Source: an uncultured Planctomycetales bacterium (GTDB lineage Bacteria > Omnitrophota > Gorgyraeia > Gygaellales > Profunditerraquicolaceae). From it: 64,000 nucleotides of DNA. Of this stretch, positions 19,219 to 29,670 are shown in pieces. The stretch lies in contig CAYHBB010000037.1 in the NCBI GenBank assembly GCA_964354795.1, positions 110,197 through 174,196 of the forward strand, written 5' to 3'. A model generated the notes under the pieces. That model had not been told where the DNA came from. It saw only the letters and a list, made by a program, of their open reading frames with translations, and did no database searches. The first letter of the stretch is position 1. Each line of letters starts with the position of its first letter. Made by a program: the position numbers and the translations under genes.

Positions 19219-20244
19219 TTAGCTCTTCAGCTTGTATAACCTTGATTCAAACCCCGGGACCCCGATCTTCTTAAACACATAAATTTTACCTATTTCTTTT
19301 GCCATTTTCTTTAGAAGCAGCCTATCTGTAATAACTTTACCTCTGTTTATTCTTTTGTGCTCATTCCAGGTATCCTTAAAGTTATTTATATTCCAAATAT
19401 AGGCCTTAAAGTAAGCATCTTTAACTATTTTATATTGTCCGGAGAAAATAAGCGCCATTAGCTCTAGGCAACTCAATAAAATATATTGCGGCAGAATATA
19501 AGTAAGTGTGGATAAAGAATAATTCTTGAGTATTGAGCGGATAAGATTGCGCTCGCCAAGCTCTCTTTTCCAAACGTTTGTCTTATATTGCTTTTGTTTT
19601 TCAATATCTCCGCATGCGGAATCATGCAGAAACCTGGCGGATCCGACAGGGACTATCTTGTATCCCTGCAACCAAACCCTCCAGCACAAATCCCGGTCCT
19701 CGCCATAAAGAAACAGTTTTGGGTCAAACCCGCTTATCTTGTCAAACACTATCCTGCGGATAAAGATCGCGGCGTCCGGATAAAATATCGGATGCCCAGG
19801 CCTGGAATACCCGCAAGGATATCCAAACCTGTCTACAGAAATCCCTATGCTTTCACCGATCCGGTTCTTCCCGTCATAAGTAAAAACATCGCAGGCGCAA
19901 ACCGCGACCCTTTTGTCTGACTGCGCAGCCTTTACCAGCTCCGTCAGTATATTTTTTTCTACAATCGTATCATTATTAAGAAAGAACAGATATTCGCCCT
20001 GCGCAACTTCAGCCCCGCGATTACTAGCCACTGCCAAGCCAAGGTTTACTTTTAGTTCCAGAACCTTTATTTTAGGGTAATTCTTACGGATGAGCTCAAC
20101 GCTATCATCAGAAGAACCATTATCCACAAAGATCAGTTCAAAATCCGAATAATCGACTTTCTCAAGCGAATCAAAACAGTTTTTTAAATACTTCCTACCG
20201 TTATAATTGACAATGATAACGCTGACTAATCCGGGCTTCATCAT
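19219..20244 (-). CDS. Glycosyltransferase family 2
   Basis: [17 protein letters not shown]...[14 protein letters not shown]...FFLNNDT (GT-A DXD region). Confidence 0.85.
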   Translation of the reverse strand: MMKPGLVSVIIVNYNGRKYLKNCFDSLEKVDYSDFELIFVDNGSSDDSVELIRKNYPKIKVLELKVNLGLAVASNRGAEVAQGEYLFFLNNDTIVEKNILTELVKAAQSDKRVAVCACDVFTYDGKNRIGESIGISVDRFGYPCGYSRPGHPIFYPDAAIFIRRIVFDKISGFDPKLFLYGEDRDLCWRVWLQGYKIVPVGSARFLHDSACGDIEKQKQYKTNVWKRELGERNLIRSILKNYSLSTLTYILPQYILLSCLELMALIFSGQYKIVKDAYFKAYIWNINNFKDTWNEHKRINRGKVITDRLLLKKMAKEIGKIYVFKKIGVPGFESRLYKLKS

Positions 20245-20795
20245 AACTGCTTCACGATCCTTGCAGGCACTCCGGCAACCATCACATTAGACGGCACATC
20301 CTTAGTCACTACGCTATTTGCTGCAATAATCACATTATCGCCGATTGTGACCGGGCCCAAGACACAACTACCCGCCCCCATAAACACCCAATTACCTATG
20401 GAGATCCTGTCTTTACTATCCCAGCCCGGCGGCTCAACCCCTAAAGCGCCAACCGGCTTCTTCCCTCCCACAGTGCAATTCTGGGCAATGGTAAAATTCT
20501 TTCCGATGGTTGCACCCCCAATAACGACACCAAATGGATGCGGCATGTACAGTCCCGGCCCGATCTGAACCCCATAATAGCGCAGCACCGAAGTGCCGAA
20601 AATCATCTCTTCCAAGCGCAGTATCAGTATTTCCAGAATACCCAGATGATGCCGGGCAAGCCAGGCACGGATGCGGTAACTAAAAACAAACTGCACTCCC
20701 GGAAATACTATTGGTGCGATAAACTTAAGCAATAAATTCTTCGACAGCTTATTGCACTCAAAATAACGGTTCAGGTCCTGAGAATAGTTGCTCAT
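20241..20795 (-). CDS. Hexapeptide-repeat (LbH) O-acetyltransferase, serine-acetyltransferase-like
   Basis: Left-handed beta-helix repeats [34 protein letters not shown]...[13 protein letters not shown]. Confidence 0.75.
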   Translation of the reverse strand: MSNYSQDLNRYFECNKLSKNLLLKFIAPIVFPGVQFVFSYRIRAWLARHHLGILEILILRLEEMIFGTSVLRYYGVQIGPGLYMPHPFGVVIGGATIGKNFTIAQNCTVGGKKPVGALGVEPPGWDSKDRISIGNWVFMGAGSCVLGPVTIGDNVIIAANSVVTKDVPSNVMVAGVPARIVKQL

Positions 20796-20798
20796 AGA

Positions 20799-21815
20799 TT
20801 ATGCCCCCGCTTTTTGCCTAAAAAGATGCTCCACTAAAACCTTTCTCCCCTCGGGCAAAGCAAAAGTCCAATATAAATACGTCCAAGTCTGCAGAAAACA
20901 CATCAGCGGATGATACAGCCAGTAAATATCGCGATCTCGGATCATCAGATACAAAGAGTGCAAAATGGAAAACACCGGCACCAGACTGTAAATCACCCAA
21001 AAAAACATTTTAAGGCGGAAATGCCCGTAATAAAACCAGTCAATCCTGCGCTCGCATCGAGTCTTAAGAAATATCTGGGTGTAGTTCCTTTTCCATTTTG
21101 AAACCCAGTGCCTGACAGAATTGACCGTATGATGGTAAATATTCAGGTTGAAAGAATAAGCAACCTTATCCGCGCCCTTTTCAACCATATACTGGAATAG
21201 CTCATTATCTCCGGTGTATCCCTCTTTCAGATACAAATCGCGCACGCATTTAAGCCTATAGACTAATCCGTTCGCTCCCCAGCATAGCGGACGATTAGGG
21301 TCAACTTGAAAAAGTTTGAATTCTATTCCGGAGGATATTTCTTTATTGGCGTGCTTCAAATAATATTGGAGATTACGGTTCAGGAACTGCGCCAAAGGCT
21401 CACTCTGGATCAACTCATAATAACGCATGGTCTTCGGATCGTCTTTGGAAGCGATCATTTTCCCCCAAACGCAGGATAAATCCGGATATTTCTGAAATAA
21501 AACACTGACTTTCTTTAACCAGTCATTACCTACCAAACCGTTATCCGCGGCAAAGACTACAAATAAATCTCCGGAAGCTTTGCTTGCGGCAAGTTGAGTG
21601 CCGTATTCGCCAAGTTTAAGTTTATTTTCAAAGATCAAATCTGTATACTTCCTGGCTATCGCTAATGTTTCATCAGTTGAACCGGCATCAGCGATGATTA
21701 TCTCAATGAGTTCCCTGGGATAATCCTGATTTACGATAGACGCAAGACAGCGCTGAAGATACTTTGCGGAATTAAGCGTGGGGATTGATATAGTAAACTT
21801 TAAATATTCTCCCAT
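20799..21815 (-). CDS. Glycosyltransferase family 2 with C-terminal membrane segment
   Basis: FTISIPTLNSAKYLQRCLASIVNQDYP...IIIADAGSTDET...VVFAADNG. Confidence 0.8.
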   Translation of the reverse strand: MGEYLKFTISIPTLNSAKYLQRCLASIVNQDYPRELIEIIIADAGSTDETLAIARKYTDLIFENKLKLGEYGTQLAASKASGDLFVVFAADNGLVGNDWLKKVSVLFQKYPDLSCVWGKMIASKDDPKTMRYYELIQSEPLAQFLNRNLQYYLKHANKEISSGIEFKLFQVDPNRPLCWGANGLVYRLKCVRDLYLKEGYTGDNELFQYMVEKGADKVAYSFNLNIYHHTVNSVRHWVSKWKRNYTQIFLKTRCERRIDWFYYGHFRLKMFFWVIYSLVPVFSILHSLYLMIRDRDIYWLYHPLMCFLQTWTYLYWTFALPEGRKVLVEHLFRQKAGA

Positions 21816-21817
21816 CG

Positions 21818-22552
21818 CTATAGCATGCTCATGCCGCCATCAATAGAAATGGTCTGGCCGCTGATGTAATCCGAGGCATTTGACGCCAGAAACAGGATCA
21901 GCTTTGCCACTTCTTCCGGCGAACCCAATCGTTTCAAAGGAACAGCTTCAATAAGTCTAGCTAAACGCTCTTCAGGGATTTTTTTCACCATGTCGGTGTT
22001 GATGAGGCTGGGAGCGATAGCATTCACGTTGATATTATCTTTGCCGTAAATTCTTGCTAAAGATTTGGTCATGGCGATGACCCCCGCCTTTGCCACGGCA
22101 TAATGCGGAGCGGCGGAAGAGCCGATCTTGCCTGACAAAGACGAAACATTAATGATCTTTCCATGCCCTTGCTTCTTAAAATAAGGCATCACTCTTTGGG
22201 CTAAGAAAAAACCTCCTTTTAAATCCAAACTCATCACTTCATCAAAATGGCTCTCCTCGATCTCCTCAAAATCAACGCATTCGAAAGTCCCGGCATTGTT
22301 TACCAAAATATCTATCTTTGTAAATTTATCAAAAGCTTCTTTTACCAGCTTCTTAATATCTTCTTTCAAACGCAGATCAGCCTTAACTACCAAAACCTGC
22401 TTATTTTTAGCAAGATCATTAAGCAATTTAACATTCTGATGCGCGCTCAGGACCAGGTTCGCGCCTTCTTTTAAGAATAATTCGGCAGTAGCTTTTCCGA
22501 TTCCCCTACTTGCTCCGGTGATGATCGCGGTCTTGCCCTCAAGGATACCCAT
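21818..22552 (-). CDS. Short-chain dehydrogenase/reductase (FabG-like)
   Basis: TGASRGIGKA cofactor motif and YxxxK catalytic motif (YAVAKAG). 244 aa. Confidence 0.85.
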   Translation of the reverse strand: MGILEGKTAIITGASRGIGKATAELFLKEGANLVLSAHQNVKLLNDLAKNKQVLVVKADLRLKEDIKKLVKEAFDKFTKIDILVNNAGTFECVDFEEIEESHFDEVMSLDLKGGFFLAQRVMPYFKKQGHGKIINVSSLSGKIGSSAAPHYAVAKAGVIAMTKSLARIYGKDNINVNAIAPSLINTDMVKKIPEERLARLIEAVPLKRLGSPEEVAKLILFLASNASDYISGQTISIDGGMSML

Positions 22553-23634
22553 TATTTGATTCTCCTCAATCGCTCTTTAAGCTGCGTCTCAAAAGATTGT
22601 ATTTTTTTGTAAGGTATCAATACCGGCTCCACATCCATTCCCCGCACCCAAGCTAAGCCATTAGGCAAGGGATTGATCTTTCTCTTGATCGCCGGCAGTT
22701 TCTCGCCAAACGCCGCCTTGATGTAGATATACGGCATATTCAATCCCGCTTCGGTGAAAAATTGATGGGTGGTGAAGAACCTTCCGATATTTATCTCTGT
22801 AGGATTAGCCACACCGTTTCTATCATAAGTGAGATCTACGCCATAGATCCCATGCGGGCAGTCATCAATAGCCTGGATGGCTTTTATCGCCAGCTTATCC
22901 AACTTTTTGTCGCTTACCGTAACACCCGTCCCGGTTATACCGGTGACTCCGGATACACTGCGATTGCCAAATTCCCAGTACAGCCGTTTCCTGCCCTGCG
23001 CTACCACCAGCTCACCATTCTTCCAGATAGATAGCCAGGTAATACTATCCGGGCTTAAATATTCAGCCACGCTGAAATTCCCCCATCCCTTGTAATAATT
23101 TATCCAGTTCCGGGCAAAATTAAAGCTATCAGTAGGCAAAGACCATTTGCCGAATGCTCCTGAGATAGCGCGCACCCAGACTTTGCCTTTAATCTTGCGG
23201 AAAGCCCCCTTCAAGTCCTTCTCACTATTAATGAGATAAGTCTTAGGCACCTTCATCCCGGAGTCCTTCCAGGCCTCGGCAGACTTAAACTTATCCTGGC
23301 AGATCTCGATCACTTCATGGCGGGGCAAAAAAGTATTAACTCCCCATTCATCGCGATACTTAGAAACTACAAACACCTCTTCGTCATTCTGGGCATGGAA
23401 GAAATCCGGCTTGGTTTCCTTAATGATCTGCTTGATCACCGGGACATAATCCTGCTCGTCTTTTGCCGGAGGCACCAGGAAATATTTATCCACCATGCCG
23501 ATAGACTTGCACAGATCATACTTATTGCAAGTCACACCTATTAGATAAAACTTCTCTTTTGATTTTCGAAGCGAGCGGATAAAATTAAGGCTGGGAGCGC
23601 CACCCGCACCGCCTACAAGTATGCATTTAATCAT
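22552..23634 (-). CDS. ATP-grasp domain protein (carboxylate-amine ligase-like)
   Basis: ATP-grasp-like architecture (...KVPKTYLINSEKDL...KGKVWVRAISGAFGKW...). The start was moved to MIKCILVGGAGG (M22), because the ORF-track start would overlap the upstream gene by 70 nt. Confidence 0.55.
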   Translation of the reverse strand: MIKCILVGGAGGAPSLNFIRSLRKSKEKFYLIGVTCNKYDLCKSIGMVDKYFLVPPAKDEQDYVPVIKQIIKETKPDFFHAQNDEEVFVVSKYRDEWGVNTFLPRHEVIEICQDKFKSAEAWKDSGMKVPKTYLINSEKDLKGAFRKIKGKVWVRAISGAFGKWSLPTDSFNFARNWINYYKGWGNFSVAEYLSPDSITWLSIWKNGELVVAQGRKRLYWEFGNRSVSGVTGITGTGVTVSDKKLDKLAIKAIQAIDDCPHGIYGVDLTYDRNGVANPTEINIGRFFTTHQFFTEAGLNMPYIYIKAAFGEKLPAIKRKINPLPNGLAWVRGMDVEPVLIPYKKIQSFETQLKERLRRIK

Positions 23635-24616
23635 TTTTCCAGTAGTGCTTTTTGTTTTCCCGATAAAATTTGACTGTTTCCTTAATGCCACTATCAAGGC
23701 TTACCTTAGGCTTCCAACCCACGACCCTCTTGATCTTGGTAATATCCGCGTAATAATCTCCCGGCTCAAGGGCCTTGCGCTCATTTGTAAACTTAGTGAA
23801 CCTGATACTGCCGCTATGGGCGATCTTTACGATTTTCTTAGCCAGATCAATAAAGTTCACCGGCTCACCTGTGCCTACATTAAAGACCTGGCCATAAGCC
23901 TTTGGCGTAAGTCCGCATTTAAGCAGACAATCCACTAAGTCGTCAATATAAAGAAAATCACGCAGGATCCTTCCGTCACCGAAAATATCAATCGGTTCAC
24001 CGTCAATAGCCTTACGGATAAACCAGTTAAACACCCCGTATTCATCATGCTGCATCTGATGCCGCGGCCCATAAGTATTAGTAATACGCAAAGCAATCGT
24101 ATTAAGCTTATGCACCTGATTATAAACCGTCACCAGATTCTCCGCGCATAGATTAGTGATTGCGTAAACCCCCTTAGGATGCATTGGGTGTTCTTCGTCA
24201 ACCGGAAGCCTCACGCTTGAGCCATACTGCCCGCGGGTGCCGGAAAAAATCACCTTTGCCTGAGGATTAAACTTCCTACAGGCTTCCAATACCACTAACG
24301 TTCCTTCGGCATTAATGCTTAAATCCTGCAAAGGATTCTTAATGCTATCCACGTGGCTGACCTGGCCGGCAAGATGGAAAATATAATCCTTATCTTTGAC
24401 CAGTTCATTCATCGCGTCGGGATCGCGGATATCCGCGTAATCCACCACCACCTTGCGCTCCACCGGTTTAATATTAAAAACATTCCCGCCCTGCCGGGGA
24501 AGCAAGCAATCAACGATAGTGACCACCGCGCCTTTTTTCACTAAAGCGATAACCAGATTGCTGCCCACAAATCCTAACCCACCGGTAATCAAAACTTTCT
24601 TAAATTTATAGCTCAT
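23627..24616 (-). CDS. NAD-dependent sugar epimerase/dehydratase (UDP-hexose 4-epimerase-like SDR)
   Basis: VLITGGLGFVGSNL; catalytic YxxxK (YAITNLCAE..). Confidence 0.75.
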   Translation of the reverse strand: MSYKFKKVLITGGLGFVGSNLVIALVKKGAVVTIVDCLLPRQGGNVFNIKPVERKVVVDYADIRDPDAMNELVKDKDYIFHLAGQVSHVDSIKNPLQDLSINAEGTLVVLEACRKFNPQAKVIFSGTRGQYGSSVRLPVDEEHPMHPKGVYAITNLCAENLVTVYNQVHKLNTIALRITNTYGPRHQMQHDEYGVFNWFIRKAIDGEPIDIFGDGRILRDFLYIDDLVDCLLKCGLTPKAYGQVFNVGTGEPVNFIDLAKKIVKIAHSGSIRFTKFTNERKALEPGDYYADITKIKRVVGWKPKVSLDSGIKETVKFYRENKKHYWKND

Positions 24617-25686
24617 AAATTAAGCGACTGCTTGACCTGTTTTTCATTCTTACGGACCCAAGCATAGATATCGCCCATGATCTCGGGAGCTGATTTCTTA
24701 GGTGACCAGCCAAGCTCCTGAGTGGCCTTGCGGTTATCCGTCAGATAGATCGCGATATCTCCCGGACGGTTCTTTGTGTCTTTGCCGACTTTAATCCGGT
24801 TTCCGCAGATCTCCCGACACAGCTGAGTAGTCTCCAGAAGCGATAGGCTCACCTCTCTGCCGCCTCCCACATTGTAAATCCGTCCGTTAATCTTCGCCAA
24901 CTGTGAAGCTTCCAGATCAATAAGCGCGAAAAGGTCGCGTATGTGCAACAGGTCGCGCACCTGCTTGCCCTTGGCGCCAAAACCGATATAGTTCAACTCT
25001 TTCTTAAAATAATGGCTCAACATCCAGAAAGTAAAAACTCCCTGATCCACCTTTCCAAATTGCCAAGGACCTGCAATCACCCCGCAGCGATTGACCACTC
25101 CCTTTATGCCGTAATTAACGATGTACTCCTCAAGTAATAACTCAGAGGCTAGTTTTGTCGCGCCGTAAAATGTCTTTGCGCCTTCGGTGGTAAAGCCCAC
25201 ATCAACGCCTTTCTTTGACCAGCCATGGATATGCTGTCCATCCTGCCAATCCAGCCGGGTCTCCAACTCTTTGGTCTTGATCTTATTGAGCGGCCCATAA
25301 GGATAAACCCGGCTGGTAGAAAGAAATATAACATCCGCCTTATGCTTACGCGCCAACTCCAGGCAATTCACTGTCCCCATAAGGTTTGTATGGATAATAT
25401 AGCCCGGATTATCCTTTAAACCTGATAAAACACTTGGCTCGGCAGAGCACTCGATCAAAAGATCGATCCTTTCCTCCAGAACCAAATCCTCAGGGCAACG
25501 GATATCCGCGTGCATAAATTCTACATCGTTGGCTTTCAGACGGCTTAAATTCAGTTCACTTCCCCTGCGTTTTAAGTTATCTAAAGCAATTAAACGCGCC
25601 TTAGGATATTTTCTTTTAAAAGAAATAGCCAGATTACTGCCTATAAATCCCGCACCACCGGTTACAAGTATGGTTTTATATTTCAT
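24613..25686 (-). CDS. NAD-dependent epimerase, CDP-paratose 2-epimerase-like
   Basis: [22 protein letters not shown], and [17 protein letters not shown] (compare the GNGKQVRD block of RfbE). Confidence 0.7.
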   Translation of the reverse strand: MKYKTILVTGGAGFIGSNLAISFKRKYPKARLIALDNLKRRGSELNLSRLKANDVEFMHADIRCPEDLVLEERIDLLIECSAEPSVLSGLKDNPGYIIHTNLMGTVNCLELARKHKADVIFLSTSRVYPYGPLNKIKTKELETRLDWQDGQHIHGWSKKGVDVGFTTEGAKTFYGATKLASELLLEEYIVNYGIKGVVNRCGVIAGPWQFGKVDQGVFTFWMLSHYFKKELNYIGFGAKGKQVRDLLHIRDLFALIDLEASQLAKINGRIYNVGGGREVSLSLLETTQLCREICGNRIKVGKDTKNRPGDIAIYLTDNRKATQELGWSPKKSAPEIMGDIYAWVRKNEKQVKQSLNL

Positions 25687-26750
25687 GCCTTCACCTGCTC
25701 CTTCTGCACCGCGTAGATCTCTTTTAAGGTATCCTCGATATTATATTTATAATCCCAGCCCGGATAATGCGCTTTAAACTTTGAGACATCGCTGATCCAC
25801 CAGATATGGTCGCCGGTCCTATTCTGATCCACATATTCGTATTCCAGGCGCAGGCCGCCGCTGATCTTAACGCATAGGTCAATAGTTTCAAGTATAGAAA
25901 TATTAGCGAACCTACTTCCGCCCATATTGTATACTTCGCCGCAGCGGGGATTCTTATAAAAGTGATTGAATGCCTCCACCAGGTCATGGGAATGGATATT
26001 GTCGCGCACCTGCTTACCTTTGTAGCCGAAAATCTTGTATTTTTTTCCTGTCACTAGGCACTTGACCAGATACGACAGAAAACCGTGCAGCTGCGCACCT
26101 GAATGCATCGGTCCGGTAAGGCATCCGCCGCGAAATACGCCTGACTTCAACCCAAAATACCTTCCATACTCCTGCACTAGGACATCAGCCGCTACTTTTG
26201 ACGCCCCAAAAAGGCTGTGCAGGCAACTATCAATGCTCATGGATTCATCGATGCCCTTATAGTATTGATGCTCCTTGGGCAGCTCAAATCGCTTTTCCAG
26301 CTCCACTAGCGGCAGGGAATTCGGACGGTCTCCGTATACTTTGTTAGTAGAAGTAAAAATAAACACCGCATCCGGTGCAAACTTCCTGGTTGCCTCCAGC
26401 ATTACCAGCGTGCCGTTAGCATTGACCGTAAAATCTATTTTTGGATCCCGAGCTGCCCAGTCATGAGATGGTTGTGCCGCGGCATGCACGATGAGCGAGA
26501 TATTTTTGCCGTATTTCTTAAAAAGACTAGCCACCTTCTTTTCATCGCGGATATCTATAGAATAATGCTTATAGTTTTTGTGTTTCTTCTCTAAGCGCGC
26601 CTTATTCCAGACAATACTTCCGTCTTGCCCAAAAAAGAACTTACGCATATTGTTATCTATGCCAACGACGTCAAATCCCTTTTCGCAGAAATAACTGACT
26701 GTCTCAGAACCAATCAGACCGCATGAGCCAGTGACTAAAACAATCGCCAT
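25683..26750 (-). CDS. NAD-dependent epimerase, CDP-paratose 2-epimerase-like (paralog of the preceding gene)
   Basis: [37 protein letters not shown]. Confidence 0.7.
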   Translation of the reverse strand: MAIVLVTGSCGLIGSETVSYFCEKGFDVVGIDNNMRKFFFGQDGSIVWNKARLEKKHKNYKHYSIDIRDEKKVASLFKKYGKNISLIVHAAAQPSHDWAARDPKIDFTVNANGTLVMLEATRKFAPDAVFIFTSTNKVYGDRPNSLPLVELEKRFELPKEHQYYKGIDESMSIDSCLHSLFGASKVAADVLVQEYGRYFGLKSGVFRGGCLTGPMHSGAQLHGFLSYLVKCLVTGKKYKIFGYKGKQVRDNIHSHDLVEAFNHFYKNPRCGEVYNMGGSRFANISILETIDLCVKISGGLRLEYEYVDQNRTGDHIWWISDVSKFKAHYPGWDYKYNIEDTLKEIYAVQKEQVKA

Positions 26751-26772
26751 ATTAAATCCCTCTTCCAGATAA

Positions 26773-27021
26773 TTACTTGTATTGATAAAACAAAAATACC
26801 AGAATCACAACGCTTAATAGAGAAACCGAATTAGCCGCAATAATGATCGGATCTTTCAAATGAACGCCGTAGGCAAGCCACAAAGATACGCCCACGCCAA
26901 ACTGCAAAATAGTAGTCAGGCTAACATCCCTTACAGACTTAGTCTTAAATATCTTAATGATCTGCGGAACAAAAGCAAATGTCGTCAAAGCCGCAGCTAA
27001 GCCGCCTATGATATACCACAT
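26773..27021 (-). CDS. SemiSWEET / PQ-loop sugar transporter (82 aa, 3 TM)
   Basis: Three transmembrane helices with the PQ motif ([13 protein letters not shown]). Its stop overlaps the rmlB start. Confidence 0.65.
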   Translation of the reverse strand: MWYIIGGLAAALTTFAFVPQIIKIFKTKSVRDVSLTTILQFGVGVSLWLAYGVHLKDPIIIAANSVSLLSVVILVFLFYQYK

Positions 27022-28010
27022 TATTTATATAATGGCGCGATACTTTCCCATTTGGAAAACAGCCATCCCCGGTTAACCTTTGCCCAAGAAACAGTTTTCT
27101 TTAAACCTTCTTCTAAATTCACTTTCGGCCTCCAGCCGGTCTCTCTTACCGTCTTAGAGCAATTAAGCCTATAGCGGATATCATGGCCGAGCCTGTCTTT
27201 TACAAATTCTATCCTGTCCAACGAAACCCCGAGCACATTCAAAAGCAACCTTATGGTATCCAGATTCTGACGCTCTTCATTGCTGCCAATATTATAGACC
27301 TCACCGATTTTTCCTTTTAGCAATATTGACAAAATTCCACGTGCGCAGTCATCCACATAAAGCCACTCCCGCACATTCCTACCAGTACCGTAAACCGGTA
27401 TATCCTCTCCCCGGAAGATCTTTAATATTGAAAGCGGGATCAGCTTTTCCGGGTATTGCCAAACTCCGTAATTATTGCAGGGCCGTACAATCACAGCAGG
27501 AAATTCATAGGTCCTGATATAAGAATTAATCAAGAGATCCGCGGCTGCTTTTGAAGCAGCATAAGGACTATTGGGTTTTATGGGGGAAGATTCGGTAAAT
27601 TCACCGCTTGCAATCTCTCCGTACACCTCATCTGTCGAGACATGGACAAATCTTTCAACGCCATACTTACGCGAAGCATCCAATAAAATCTGGGTCCCAA
27701 TGACATTGGTCTTAAGAAAAACTTCCGCATCGCGAATACTTCTATCCACATGGGTTTCCGCGGCAAAGTTTACGATCACCCTGGGCTTGTGCTTCTTAAA
27801 GATCTTCTCCACCTCAGCCTTGTCCACGATATCAGCTTTATAAAATCTACATTCATCCAAGACGCCTTTTAACCTTTTTAGATCTCCGGCATAGGTAAGT
27901 TTATCCATAATAATCACCCGGAATCCAAATTTTACCGCAAGTCGCACAAAAGCGCTGCCGATAAACCCTGCACCGCCGGTAACTAATATTGGGTGTATTT
28001 TTCTACGCAT
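27021..28010 (-). CDS. rfbB: dTDP-glucose 4,6-dehydratase
   Basis: [15 protein letters not shown]; ...FVHVSTDEVYGE...YAASKAAADLL. 329 aa. Confidence 0.85.
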   Translation of the reverse strand: MRRKIHPILVTGGAGFIGSAFVRLAVKFGFRVIIMDKLTYAGDLKRLKGVLDECRFYKADIVDKAEVEKIFKKHKPRVIVNFAAETHVDRSIRDAEVFLKTNVIGTQILLDASRKYGVERFVHVSTDEVYGEIASGEFTESSPIKPNSPYAASKAAADLLINSYIRTYEFPAVIVRPCNNYGVWQYPEKLIPLSILKIFRGEDIPVYGTGRNVREWLYVDDCARGILSILLKGKIGEVYNIGSNEERQNLDTIRLLLNVLGVSLDRIEFVKDRLGHDIRYRLNCSKTVRETGWRPKVNLEEGLKKTVSWAKVNRGWLFSKWESIAPLYK

Positions 28011-28801
28011 TCTTCAAGCACCTCATGGATGTCGCGGACTTTAAAACCGCTTTTTCTTAATTTACGCGTTGAGAGGATCAAATTGGTCCTTACCAGATTC
28101 AGGGCCTTAAAGCTAACTAACTTATATTTAAAATCAGGATTAAATTTCTGGTAAATATCCAGCAGCTCGGGATACCTTAAGGCTCCGGCATTCACCGTAT
28201 TATAAATCCCTGTCGCCTTGATCTTGATCAGATGCTTCAGGGCTTTTATAAAATCCGGCAGGTAAGTAATAGAATTGGCCACATCAATGGCTTTCCCGTA
28301 TTTGATCAGCTTGGTAAGTATGTTCTTGGGATGCGGACGGTCATCCAAAGGAATACGCGGCCGCATGATCAATACTGGATATTTTTTAGCTAACGGCAAG
28401 AGCGCCTGCTCAGCATAGATCTTACTGCGGCTATAAAAAAGATCAAAAAAATCCGGAGTGCGCTCTTCAGTTATCGGTACAGCCCGCTTATAATCAAAAT
28501 TATAAATGCAACCGCTGCTTAAATGCACAAACCGGATTTTAGTACGCACCGCCGCTTCAGCAAGGACAAGCGGAACAAAAGTGTTAGCGCTTAATGTCAG
28601 GTCCTTTGCTTTTTCGCAGTCATCTACATTGCCACCGGTATATCCGATACAATTGATGATCACCGCAGGCCGATGAATCCTTACCTCATCCAGAACGTCA
28701 TTTAAACATTTGATCTTTCTTTCACTGACAGCGCAACCCAGCTTTTCCTGAATCCGGGAACCGATAAAGCCTTTTCCGAAAATGAGAATCTTGTTATTCA
28801 T
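27983..28801 (-). CDS. rfbD: dTDP-4-dehydrorhamnose reductase-like (RmlD family 4-ketoreductase)
   Basis: [13 protein letters not shown], 272 aa, RmlD-like SDR layout, sits between rmlB and rmlA. Confidence 0.7.
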   Translation of the reverse strand: MNNKILIFGKGFIGSRIQEKLGCAVSERKIKCLNDVLDEVRIHRPAVIINCIGYTGGNVDDCEKAKDLTLSANTFVPLVLAEAAVRTKIRFVHLSSGCIYNFDYKRAVPITEERTPDFFDLFYSRSKIYAEQALLPLAKKYPVLIMRPRIPLDDRPHPKNILTKLIKYGKAIDVANSITYLPDFIKALKHLIKIKATGIYNTVNAGALRYPELLDIYQKFNPDFKYKLVSFKALNLVRTNLILSTRKLRKSGFKVRDIHEVLEECVEKYTQY

Positions 28802-29661
28802 TTCTTGACCAAGCCCCTCAGGTACTCCCCATACTCAGTAGGAATATTCTTAGCTAAGATCAAGAGTTCCTTTGCGCTGATATAGCCTCTAGCATAGGCC
28901 ACCTCTTCGATGCACCCGATCTTCAAACCCTGCCGCTCTTCAATAGTCTTTATAAACGTCGAGGCGTTCACCAAAGAATCATATGTCCCGGTATCCAGCC
29001 AGGCAAAGCCACGGCCCAAAGTAACAACATTAAGTTTCTTTTTCTTTAAGTATTCCCGGTTTACATCAGTGATCTCAAGCTCGCCCCTTGCGGAAGGCGA
29101 GATATTTCTTGCGATATCCACTACGCCGTTGTCATAAAAATATAACCCGGTGACCACCCAATTTGACGCAGGCTTCTTAGGCTTCTCAATTATTGAGCTG
29201 ACTTTTCCCTTCTGGTCAAATCCGATTACCCCGTATCTTTGCGGACTAGTTACATAATAGCCGAAAATCGTGGCCCCTGACTTATGCCCGGAAGCTTTTT
29301 TCAGTATGCTGACCAGATCGCTTCCGTAATAAATGTTATCCCCCAGGATCAACGCGACACTGTCTTGGCCAATAAACTGCTCGCCGATAATAAAGCTCTC
29401 CGCGATCCCCCGCGGCGCGCTTTGCGACGCATAAGTTATGCGTATGCCTAAGGAAGAACCGTCTCCCAGCAACGCCTCGAATTGCGGCAGGGCATGGGGC
29501 GTGGAAATGATCAGGATATCTTTGATGCCGGCAAGCATCAAAGTAGAAAGCGGATAATAAATCATCGGCTTGTCGTATACCGGCAGAAGCTGCTTGCAGA
29601 CGCTTCTTGTGATCGGATAAAGCCGTGTTCCGTTTCCTCCCGCTAAGATTATACCTTTCAT
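28798..29661 (-). CDS. rfbA: Glucose-1-phosphate thymidylyltransferase
   Basis: [46 protein letters not shown] matches the RmlA N-terminus almost residue-for-residue. Confidence 0.9.
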   Translation of the reverse strand: MKGIILAGGNGTRLYPITRSVCKQLLPVYDKPMIYYPLSTLMLAGIKDILIISTPHALPQFEALLGDGSSLGIRITYASQSAPRGIAESFIIGEQFIGQDSVALILGDNIYYGSDLVSILKKASGHKSGATIFGYYVTSPQRYGVIGFDQKGKVSSIIEKPKKPASNWVVTGLYFYDNGVVDIARNISPSARGELEITDVNREYLKKKKLNVVTLGRGFAWLDTGTYDSLVNASTFIKTIEERQGLKIGCIEEVAYARGYISAKELLILAKNIPTEYGEYLRGLVKK

Positions 29662-29670
29662 AAGTTTCTC

